From: Candidatus Latescibacterota bacterium
GTDB lineage: Bacteria; Latescibacterota; UBA2968; UBA8231
NCBI GenBank assembly: GCA_965200315.1
Contig: OZ241362.1
Span: 3,392,001-3,456,000, forward strand
DNA length: 64,000 nt
Reading direction: 5' to 3'
Below the pieces are notes generated by a model. The model ran no database searches. It was not told where the DNA came from and saw only the letters and a list, made by a program, of their open reading frames with translations. This document shows, piece by piece, positions 31,387 through 39,591 of the stretch (its first letter is position 1; the number at the start of each line of letters is the position of its first letter). The position numbers were made by a program, and so were the translations under genes.

Positions 31387-32370
31387 ATGCAAATACCAGA
31401 CCCACAACTCATAGCGCAAATAAAAAACCGCGATGCACGTGCGTTCCAACAGTTGTTTGAGCGCTATCGGGAGCAGGTCCACCAACTGATGGAACTAGAT
31501 TTTGATGGCGATCAAATCGAGGTATTTTTGCCCCTCACTGAGGAAGCCCAGACCGAAGCCGAGACCGCGCTGTCGGTGGGCGGACACATACAGCGCGATG
31601 CGGATATATGGCACTACGTGGCCGACAACTACCACGGCATGATATGGGGCTTGGCGCAGTTGTGCCGCACGGAGGAAGGCCGCGCCGAAGTGGAGCGGCT
31701 GACCGGAGTGGCTGTGGATGGCAGCCGGCTGTTTGCCAAGCACGACCTCAACCGCTTGCTAGCTCAGGTGTTGCAACGCGAGGGTTTGCAGCGAGCGCTG
31801 GAGGTGCTCGACCAGCTAACGCGGCGCGGCTTTGAGGTCTGCAAGCAGTCGGGGGCCTCCTTCAATCCCTTTCTCGGTTCGAGCAAGGAGTGGCCTGAGC
31901 AACCCGAGGAGGCCGATTGGGACGAGTGGCAAATGTACAGCGACGAGTTAGTGGCAGCTTTCTACCATCAGGCCGATTTCGACGACAACGACTTGGGCCC
32001 CTTGGCCCTGTTGTCGCTGTCGGGCGCACGGGGGAACCAACAGCAGTTGATCCAATACGTGGGCGGCGGTCTGCTCTATCGGGAAGATGGCAGTCTATTC
32101 GCCCAGCGCGGTTGTCGGCGCGATGGCCTGTCGGTGGAAGAGATCAAAGTGCGGGCACCGGGTGCCTTATGGGGGCTAGCCGCCAATCAGCATTGGACCG
32201 AGGCGCGGGAAGCGGCCCAACAGCCCGTCCGTGCCGATTATCACGTTTTGGGCCGGGCAGTGCGGGCGGCCCAGCGCGGCGTGGTCTTTGCCCGGGCGGC
32301 CCAGCGCGGCGAGGTCGAGCCTTTGACCAGCCTGTTCAGCCGGCTCTTTGCAGGGCTGCCGGCGGACTAG
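31387..32370 (+). CDS. ECF sigma N-terminal segment fused to a condensed RNA polymerase beta'-like polypeptide (possibly internally deleted)
   Basis: DPQLIAQIKNRDARAFQQLFERYREQV, then LDFDGDQIEVFLPLTEEAQTEA, LDQLTRRGFEVCKQSGASF, SGARGNQQQLIQYVG, DGLSVEE and FARAAQRGEVEPL, collinear with RpoC motifs. Confidence 0.8.
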   Translation: MQIPDPQLIAQIKNRDARAFQQLFERYREQVHQLMELDFDGDQIEVFLPLTEEAQTEAETALSVGGHIQRDADIWHYVADNYHGMIWGLAQLCRTEEGRAEVERLTGVAVDGSRLFAKHDLNRLLAQVLQREGLQRALEVLDQLTRRGFEVCKQSGASFNPFLGSSKEWPEQPEEADWDEWQMYSDELVAAFYHQADFDDNDLGPLALLSLSGARGNQQQLIQYVGGGLLYREDGSLFAQRGCRRDGLSVEEIKVRAPGALWGLAANQHWTEAREAAQQPVRADYHVLGRAVRAAQRGVVFARAAQRGEVEPLTSLFSRLFAGLPAD

Positions 32371-32383
32371 GCCTCGATCAATT

Positions 32384-33232
32384 TTACTGCACCACCGCTT
32401 CTTCACCCAGATGCTCGCAAATCCACGCTCTCAGCGGCACGTCTTCTTCTTGCGGCGAAGTGTAGCCGTGCCCGCCGCTCGGGCCGGCACCTAATAGCTG
32501 CCGCCGGATTGGGTCGCAGCGGTCCAGCAGGTGCTCCACCGTCATGTCGTCGCGTGGCCGCAACCAGCGGTAGCTATAGCCGTAAAACAGCACCCTGCGC
32601 GCATCGGGCGAAAAGTTGTGGCCGGCTGCATGCCAGAGCCGCCGGTCAAAAAACACCGCGTCGCCCGCCGCCACTTGAATCGGCACTGCGCCTGCTGGGT
32701 CTAAGTCCTCGTCCGCTGGCATCTCGATCTTGTTTTTCAGGTGCGAGCCGGGTACCGCATGGAAGTTGCCGCGGTGGGTCTCGGTGCAGTCCGTGAGAAA
32801 ATACGCCACCTTGAGCGAGACCCTCGGCCGGGGCTCAGTCTCCATGTCGATGTTGAGTCGCCCGCTGTCTTGGTGCCAGCCCAGCCGCTTGCGTTTGGGC
32901 ACGACGCCGTCTAAAGGCGGAGTAACGATCAAGTGCGAGTGGTAGAGCTGAATGTGCCAGCCCAGAATCCCGAAGACTTTGGCGAATGTCTTTGGCCAGT
33001 CGAGCAGCTCCAGAAAGAGGTCGTCTTTGCCGATGAAGTCGAAAAAGTTGTGCATCTGGTGCTTTTCCAGCCCCTTTTGCCGCCGGTGTTCGGCGTCGAG
33101 GCGATCGACGATGGGGATGAGCTGTGCTACCAAATTTTGCGGCAACACATCGCGGACGATGAGAAAGCCGTCCTCTGCAAATTGGCGGCGCTCCTCCTCG
33201 GTCAACATATATTGCAGGCAAGTTGCATCCAT
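32384..33232 (-). CDS. PhyH family dioxygenase
   Basis: FAEDGFL, GWHQD, VPGSH, LWHAA. Confidence 0.9.
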   Translation of the reverse strand: MDATCLQYMLTEEERRQFAEDGFLIVRDVLPQNLVAQLIPIVDRLDAEHRRQKGLEKHQMHNFFDFIGKDDLFLELLDWPKTFAKVFGILGWHIQLYHSHLIVTPPLDGVVPKRKRLGWHQDSGRLNIDMETEPRPRVSLKVAYFLTDCTETHRGNFHAVPGSHLKNKIEMPADEDLDPAGAVPIQVAAGDAVFFDRRLWHAAGHNFSPDARRVLFYGYSYRWLRPRDDMTVEHLLDRCDPIRRQLLGAGPSGGHGYTSPQEEDVPLRAWICEHLGEEAVVQ

Positions 33233-33308
33233 AGAAAACCTCCAAGCGGCTTGCCATCGCGCCCCCAATACTGAGGGCGGACTGCAAGTCGGCAAAGTTG
33301 TAGGCGGC

Positions 33309-34427
33309 TTAATGGCCGGGCAATCGCCGCACCGCCCCCGGCACCACCGGCTCGCCGCGGTGGGCGCTGGCTACGGCAGCAAAACACAGTGCCAAGCTCG
33401 CCAGATTGGCGCGGGCGCTGTTGCTAGGCTCGCGGTCCTCCTCGACAGCGCACAGCAACGCGGCCATGGTCCCGTGAAATCCCTGCTCAAACCACGTCCC
33501 CACAAGCAGCGGCCGGGCCACGCCCGCTGCGGTGTACAAGACGACTTCTTGCTCGGTCAGATCTACGCCACTGGCCCCTATTGCACCCTCTGTGCCGACC
33601 AGATACGTGCGGTCCTGTTGTCCTTGGCGAGTGTTGCCGTTAAAGAAAATCGTCGCTTGGGCGCCCGCACACTCAATCGCCGCTTGGGCCAAAAGCGGCG
33701 GTTTGGCGTCCTGACCGGCTGCGGGCCGGGCCGAGGCGTGGACCCGTTGCGGCGTCTCGCTGCCTAAGAGCACCACCGCCATATCAAACCAGTGCATCCC
33801 AAAGTCGTACAGCACCAGATCTTCCACCGCGTCAAAAGCAGAGCCGGCGATCCAGTTGTGGTCCCAATGCACGGCGAACTCAACGCTCTGCACTTGGCCG
33901 ACCAAGCCAGCGGCTACGGAGTGGCGCATGTAGCTAAAATGCGGTGCCCACCGGCCATTCTGATTGACGGCCAGTTGCACACCGCATCGCTCGGCCCGGG
34001 CGATGAGCGCCTCGCCCACATCCAAGTCGAGCACGAAAGGCTTCTGGCTCAGAACGTGTTTGCCGGCGTCAATGGCCGCTTTGAGGATCGGCAGCCGCTC
34101 TTTGGGGTGAGGGGTGATGTCCACCACTTCGATATCGTCGCGGGCGAGCAACTCTCGATAATCTCGGTAGGTGTCGGCCGCTGGGTAGAACGCCCGCTGC
34201 CGCTGCTCAACGCGCCCCCGATCGCGGCTGCATAGGGCCGCGACCTCATAGCCGGCCTTTTTGTAGGCCCGCAAGTGCATCTCGGAGATGCCGCCACAGC
34301 CGATTAGGCCGATCTTCGGGCGATAGGTCGCTGGATCGCGCGGCTGGTAGGGCAAATCTGGAGCTACTACTTCAGCTTCTGATCCGGTTTTGCCGCGGCC
34401 GTAGCCGCTGTCTTGGCCTTCCGCCAT
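33309..34427 (-). CDS. Gfo/Idh/MocA oxidoreductase
   Basis: IGLIGCGGIS, GKHVLSQKP, DFGMHWFD. Confidence 0.9.
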   Translation of the reverse strand: MAEGQDSGYGRGKTGSEAEVVAPDLPYQPRDPATYRPKIGLIGCGGISEMHLRAYKKAGYEVAALCSRDRGRVEQRQRAFYPAADTYRDYRELLARDDIEVVDITPHPKERLPILKAAIDAGKHVLSQKPFVLDLDVGEALIARAERCGVQLAVNQNGRWAPHFSYMRHSVAAGLVGQVQSVEFAVHWDHNWIAGSAFDAVEDLVLYDFGMHWFDMAVVLLGSETPQRVHASARPAAGQDAKPPLLAQAAIECAGAQATIFFNGNTRQGQQDRTYLVGTEGAIGASGVDLTEQEVVLYTAAGVARPLLVGTWFEQGFHGTMAALLCAVEEDREPSNSARANLASLALCFAAVASAHRGEPVVPGAVRRLPGH

Positions 34428-34430
34428 AAG

Positions 34431-35507
34431 CTATTGAATCAGCGGTAAGGTGCGCTTCTGCGCGGCACTCTGGTAGGCGGTATCGACGATCTGCTGGCCG
34501 ACGCGGCACAGCGCCGGCGAGAGCGGCCCCTCGATGGGTTGGTCCTCTTCGATGCAGTGAATCACGTACTGGACGGGATTCTGGAACGGCGGTTTGAGCA
34601 CATCTACCGGCCGTTCCTCGGCTGCTGGTTGCGCCCGCGTCTGTACGCGGATTACCTCCTCGTAGTCGTAGGAGCTAATTGTGCCCTCGCTGCCGACGAT
34701 GACGAAGCCGCACTTGGGCTGGGGTTGCAGGGTCCAAGGGTCGGTAAAGGTGCCCCAGCGCGTCTCGAATTTCGACAGGCCCCGCTCGTAGCGCGCCACT
34801 GCAATGCAGTGCTCATCTACTTCAAGCCCTTGGGGCTGATCTACGGTGGCCGTCACCTCAATTGGTGCCCGCCCGTCCATGTACCAGGTGCCCAACGTGG
34901 TGCCGTAGCCTAGGTAGTCCAGCAGGGAGCCGCCGCCCGCCGCCTTTTTGTAAAACCAACTCGTGGGCTTTTCGCGCTCGACAGCGGCGGCGGTGCGCTC
35001 CACTTTGTCGGCGAGGTGCCACAGCGGCCCTCGGTTGCCATCATAGTAGTGGACCTCGCTTACCTCGCCGATCTCGCCTTCGGCGATGAGCCGCCGCGCC
35101 GTGCGGTGCGGCGGATACCAAGCCAGCGGCCAGTTGATCGCCAACAGCTTGTCCGTCCCCGCCATGGCCCGCTGCATCCGGTCCGCTTCGGAGAGGGTGG
35201 CGGCAAAGGGTTTTTCCATGATGATATGTACGCCAAAAGGCGCGACCTTTTCGGTCCACGCGCCATGTTCAGCGGTGGCCGGGCACAAAAGGACGATGTC
35301 CGGCTGGGTCTTTTCCAGACACTCCCGATAGTCGCTGAAAACCCGCTCGGCTGAAATGGCGAAATCCGCGCACACCTGCCTCATGCGCTCGGGCTGCTCG
35401 TCGCAGATGCCGACGATCTCGACGCTTGCGTGCTCAAAGGCCATGCGCAGATTGTCGCCCATGTGCAGATGGTCGAAGTTGATCCCGGCGATTTTCCACT
35501 TGCCCAT
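34431..35507 (-). CDS. Gfo/Idh/MocA oxidoreductase
   Basis: VHIIMEKPFA, GGGSLLDYLGY. Confidence 0.88.
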   Translation of the reverse strand: MGKWKIAGINFDHLHMGDNLRMAFEHASVEIVGICDEQPERMRQVCADFAISAERVFSDYRECLEKTQPDIVLLCPATAEHGAWTEKVAPFGVHIIMEKPFAATLSEADRMQRAMAGTDKLLAINWPLAWYPPHRTARRLIAEGEIGEVSEVHYYDGNRGPLWHLADKVERTAAAVEREKPTSWFYKKAAGGGSLLDYLGYGTTLGTWYMDGRAPIEVTATVDQPQGLEVDEHCIAVARYERGLSKFETRWGTFTDPWTLQPQPKCGFVIVGSEGTISSYDYEEVIRVQTRAQPAAEERPVDVLKPPFQNPVQYVIHCIEEDQPIEGPLSPALCRVGQQIVDTAYQSAAQKRTLPLIQ

Positions 35508-35510
35508 TGT

Positions 35511-36350
35511 TTAGCTCGCAAGCTGTGCCCAAGCGGTTACATGGGGCACTAAGCGAATCGGGCGTTTCGCCGTCACCACTTCTTGCCGAACCCGCTCGGC
35601 TAGGGTATCCACGTCAAGCTCTTCCTCTGTAGTGATTCCGTACTGTTCGAGGAGCGGGAGTACGCTGCGCAAGCTGTTGGCCGCGTATTGGTATCCAGCC
35701 CAGCCGTCCGGCCCGCCGACCGGATACTCGCAGTGCATGTATGGCTCGGGCAGGCCCGCCTCGACGAAAGCGCGATACAGGCCAAAGCCCATGTCGATAT
35801 GCGCCCCAGAACGCTCGAACACTTTGAGGACCCAACCGATCATTTCGTTTGCCAAGGGCGTATCTGGAGAATGAGGCATCTGCTGATAGGGGGTGAAATC
35901 AGCCTCCTGAAAAGCCACGATCCCCCCGCGGCGCAAGCGGGTTGCGAGCTGTTTCAGAGCGTCGGCGGGATCGGCCATGTACATGAGCACAAGCCGGCCG
36001 GTCACGACGTCGAAGTCGTTTCCCAAGTCCAGCGTGCGAGCGTCCCCCGCGGCGAATTCGACGTTGGTAAATCCGGCGGCCTGTGCCCGTGCCTGTGCCG
36101 TTTCGAGAATCGTCGGATTTACATCCACCCCCACGACAGCCCCTTCTGGACCGACCAACTCGGCGGCTGTCATGGCCACATCCCCGGCGCCGCTGCCAAT
36201 GTCGAGCACCTTCATTCCGCTGCTGATACCCGCCTCTCTAAAAAAGCGCCGCGTCACGGCGTCGTACAGTTGCGACTGCTGAATCAGACGCTCCTCTTCC
36301 TCCGCGGTGCGTCCCATCGTATATGTTGCATCGCTCTTCGATTCGCTCAT
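35511..36350 (-). CDS. class I SAM-dependent methyltransferase
   Basis: VLDIGSGAGD, VVGVD, LRRGG; RBS AGGAGG. Confidence 0.9.
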   Translation of the reverse strand: MSESKSDATYTMGRTAEEEERLIQQSQLYDAVTRRFFREAGISSGMKVLDIGSGAGDVAMTAAELVGPEGAVVGVDVNPTILETAQARAQAAGFTNVEFAAGDARTLDLGNDFDVVTGRLVLMYMADPADALKQLATRLRRGGIVAFQEADFTPYQQMPHSPDTPLANEMIGWVLKVFERSGAHIDMGFGLYRAFVEAGLPEPYMHCEYPVGGPDGWAGYQYAANSLRSVLPLLEQYGITTEEELDVDTLAERVRQEVVTAKRPIRLVPHVTAWAQLAS

Positions 36351-36652
36351 GGGATTCAATCCTCCTTTTAGTTGTCTTTGGGGCTCGATAGCCCCTGGAT
36401 GAGGCTACCCAGCGCAAGGGCAGTTTGTCCGCAGAGGACATCAGTGCGCTGAGAGCAATGCGGTATTCAAGATATTTTCGCGCAGAAAGTCAAACGCCGC
36501 GCCGCGCTAAGCTGCCCACTCCACCCGGCTTGTCCCCGGCGGCCAACCGCCCAATATTAGGCCCAATTCCAACAGAGGGTACAACTAGGCCCTTGGGCGT
36601 GGATGTCTATTGAGGGGTCGGCCCACTTTTTTGCAACAAAAAGGATCGCGCC

Positions 36653-38224
36653 ATGAACCAACCCAAGATCGTGTACTACCACGACGGCCGGCATCCCCAC
36701 ATCTACCGCTACGAGCCGCCCATGGCCCCCGAGGAATACATCGCCTTGGTCGATGAATTGGCCGGCACCACGGTCGAAGCCATCGCCTTCTGCCTCGGCG
36801 AGGGCCGCACCATGCTGCACAACACCCGGGCCAGCGAGTTGATGGGGCACAACGTCGAGGTTTGGGATCACTACGTCTTTCGCCGCGCTTGGCAAAACGC
36901 TCAGTCCCTCATTGACGCCGGCCACGACCCCTTGCGCTTGGTTTGCGACCGGGCCCACGAGCTGGGCATCCAAGTCTATCCCACCTTAATCGTGCAGCGC
37001 GGCGGCGTTGACCACGCCTCGACGCGCTGCTCCAATTTCCGCATTGAGAACCAGCACCTCGAAATTGGCGCGGCCGGCGATCTCGACCCGGACTACCCCG
37101 GCTTTGACGGCCTCGACTTCAAGCACCCGGAGGTGCGCGACGAACGCTTTGCCCTTGTCGAAGAAGTGATGGGCGAGTATCCGGCCGACGGCTTTGAACT
37201 ACAACTCAACCAAATGCCCTATTTCTTCCACCCCGACGAAATCGACGCTGGGCGCGTCCTGATGACCGACTGGATCGGCCGGATCCACGAAGCGGTCAAA
37301 CACAGCGGCCCCGACAAAGAGCTGGTGGTACACATTCCCGACCGCCTAGACGATTGCGCCCGCGCCGGGCTTGACTTAGAGGAATGGGTCAAACGGGGCT
37401 TGGTCGATGTTATCGTCGCGGAAAACTTAGGCGAGAATTACCGCCTGAAAATGCAGGCCGACTACGCCGAATTTGTCGGCCTCACCCGAGGAACGCCCTG
37501 CCGCCTATTGGCCCCCCTGAACAGCATGGTCTTTTCCGACCGCCTGCTCGACGCGCCCCTATCCATGCTGCGGGCTGCGGCCTGCAACTTTTGGGCTCAA
37601 GGCGTTGACGGCCTCTATGTCTCCGAGTGGTTCCACTTGTGGCCGTATGAGGCGTCCTTTTACGAAAAGCTCAGGGAACTCCCCTACCCCAGCATTATGG
37701 CGGCCAAGGACAAATACTACTTCCTGCTCACCGACACCGCAGACGGCCCCGCGGTCAGCCGACCCAACCCGCTACCCAGCCGATTGAATCTGGCCCAGCC
37801 CGTCGAGCTGGCATTGACTATTGCCGACGACCTACAAAAGTGGGGGGAAGTTGGCCGCGTCCACGAAGTGTTGTTGCGCTTCCGCATCCACGGCAATGTC
37901 GAGACCGATCGCATCCAATTTGCGCTCAACGGCCAAGTTCTGCCCGACGCTCTGCGGCGCAAGATCAATTCGCTCTACACCATGGACGGTCCGCGCTACC
38001 GGGTGATGGGCGGGTACTGGCACATTTTCAAATTGGACGCGGCGCACTGGCCCGTGCGGGGGAAAAACCGCCTTGAAGTGACACTGCTGGAACGCGACGC
38101 GGATTTGGCCGATCCCTTCTGCACCCTGACCGACGTCGAACTGGAAACCAAGTACCTCAAGGGCCGGAGCTTCCACCGCGCCTATGTCGACCCCGACCTA
38201 GGGCCCTACCAACACCGGTCCTGA
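36653..38224 (+). CDS. GHL10/DUF187-like TIM-barrel hypothetical protein
   Basis: DRAHELGI, LDFKHPEVR, DGFEL, GVDGLY; paralogous to 47041-48609. Confidence 0.7.
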   Translation: MNQPKIVYYHDGRHPHIYRYEPPMAPEEYIALVDELAGTTVEAIAFCLGEGRTMLHNTRASELMGHNVEVWDHYVFRRAWQNAQSLIDAGHDPLRLVCDRAHELGIQVYPTLIVQRGGVDHASTRCSNFRIENQHLEIGAAGDLDPDYPGFDGLDFKHPEVRDERFALVEEVMGEYPADGFELQLNQMPYFFHPDEIDAGRVLMTDWIGRIHEAVKHSGPDKELVVHIPDRLDDCARAGLDLEEWVKRGLVDVIVAENLGENYRLKMQADYAEFVGLTRGTPCRLLAPLNSMVFSDRLLDAPLSMLRAAACNFWAQGVDGLYVSEWFHLWPYEASFYEKLRELPYPSIMAAKDKYYFLLTDTADGPAVSRPNPLPSRLNLAQPVELALTIADDLQKWGEVGRVHEVLLRFRIHGNVETDRIQFALNGQVLPDALRRKINSLYTMDGPRYRVMGGYWHIFKLDAAHWPVRGKNRLEVTLLERDADLADPFCTLTDVELETKYLKGRSFHRAYVDPDLGPYQHRS

Positions 38225-38231
38225 CAACCGC

Positions 38232-39473
38232 TCATCTCTCCAGTACCGTCCCCTCGTCTAGCAGCCGCGCCATCATCTGGGCAAATTCGGGCGTACCGTC
38301 GTCGTCCCAGTACTCGGTCTCAATAGGCGCGGCGTAGCTGTGAGGCATCCCGCCCCGGGTCCAGTCGGGCCGGATCAGAAAATGGCGCGTCGTCAGGGGG
38401 TCGTATCTATGGTACATCCGCGTCCCATTGGCGAATTGCGATTTGACGATCCACGGCTTGATCGGCGGCAATTCCCGGTTCGCTAGCCGTTCCAACTCGT
38501 CGCGGTTCAAGGTCAAACCTAGGCCCGGCTTTTCCGGCACTCGAATAAGTCCGTTGACAGGCTCTAGGCGCTCGCTCACTACCTCGTCCTTGAGGATTTC
38601 GCTGCTGTCGATAAAGTGAAAGGTGGCGGAGGGAAAGGTCGCCATCATGTGGCAAACCATCGCCCGAGTGATCGTGCCGCCCACATTTTGCAACATGAAC
38701 GGTATATTGCCAGCGGCGAACAGCCCGGCGGTGCGAATCGCAGCACCAATTTTCTGGTGGCCGCGCATGTACACGTCTCCCGCCCCCATCAGCACCTCGT
38801 ACGTGGCGTCCAGCGGTGCTTGATGGCGCACGATGGGCAGGGAAATGCGCCGGCGCAAGTCAATTGACGCCAAGGTGTCGCCGGCGTTGAGCGAGTCTTC
38901 AAAGCAGCCGGCAATGGGATATTGGGCCAACCTAGCCAGCAGATCCGGCATGTAGTCATCGGTGCCGCCGCCGGTGAAATCGTAGTGGATCTTGAACCCG
39001 GGCGGGGCCACGGCCTGCATGGCCTCGGTCTGGTCGAAGACGTTCTCAAAGGGCGACAGGTGGAACTTGAGCCAAGTGTATCCCTCGGCGGCGTAGCACT
39101 CCACGGCCTCGGCCATATGGCTGGGGGCACTCGACACGGTCCAACTGCCTACCGGCACCCACGAGCGGTACTTCTGCCCGAAGAGCTTGTACACCGGTAC
39201 GCCCGCGGCTTGGCCCATCAAATCGTACATGGCCGTGCCCAGCCCGAGGGAAACTTCGTCGCCCATCCACTCAAAGGGATTGCTGCCCAAGTACTGGTCG
39301 ATCACTTCCTGCGGCTCGGGGCGGCCGCTCTCGCCTAGGCCGATCAGACCGGTATCGGTGTGGGCCACGTACACCGTGCGCCGGGTCACTCCTTGGTAGT
39401 GGCTGACCGGATAGGCGATCCAGTCTTGGTACTCTAGGCTGATTTCGCGTACCTCTATATCTGTGACTTTCAC
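38232..39473 (-). CDS. mandelate racemase/muconate lactonizing (enolase superfamily) protein
   Basis: KVTDIE, HTDTGLIGLGE, AMYDLMGQAAGVPVYKLFG, VPEKPGLG. Confidence 0.88.
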   Translation of the reverse strand: MKVTDIEVREISLEYQDWIAYPVSHYQGVTRRTVYVAHTDTGLIGLGESGRPEPQEVIDQYLGSNPFEWMGDEVSLGLGTAMYDLMGQAAGVPVYKLFGQKYRSWVPVGSWTVSSAPSHMAEAVECYAAEGYTWLKFHLSPFENVFDQTEAMQAVAPPGFKIHYDFTGGGTDDYMPDLLARLAQYPIAGCFEDSLNAGDTLASIDLRRRISLPIVRHQAPLDATYEVLMGAGDVYMRGHQKIGAAIRTAGLFAAGNIPFMLQNVGGTITRAMVCHMMATFPSATFHFIDSSEILKDEVVSERLEPVNGLIRVPEKPGLGLTLNRDELERLANRELPPIKPWIVKSQFANGTRMYHRYDPLTTRHFLIRPDWTRGGMPHSYAAPIETEYWDDDGTPEFAQMMARLLDEGTVLER

Positions 39474-39591
39474 GACGCCTCCTAATTTGTCTGGTCGCCT
39501 GCGGCCCGTCAGATTGTCTGCAAGGCCCGCTAGCGATGGTGGTAGGGCAGGACAACGCGCACCTCAGCGAAGGCGCGTTAAAATCCCTAGG

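Noticed and set aside
32263-32311. 19 bp direct repeat encoding RAAQRG twice
   Set aside because: Short local duplication inside coding sequence; no separate function evident.
31387-32370. Calling this the housekeeping rpoC or a simple fragment of it
   Set aside because: Motifs are strongly diverged, inter-motif distances are compressed, and there are no rpoB or ribosomal neighbours.
36405-36451. Hammerhead-like CTGATG-stem-AAA fold upstream of the methyltransferase (minus strand)
   Set aside because: Core is CTGATGT...CAAA rather than CUGAUGA...GAAA; no family can be supported.
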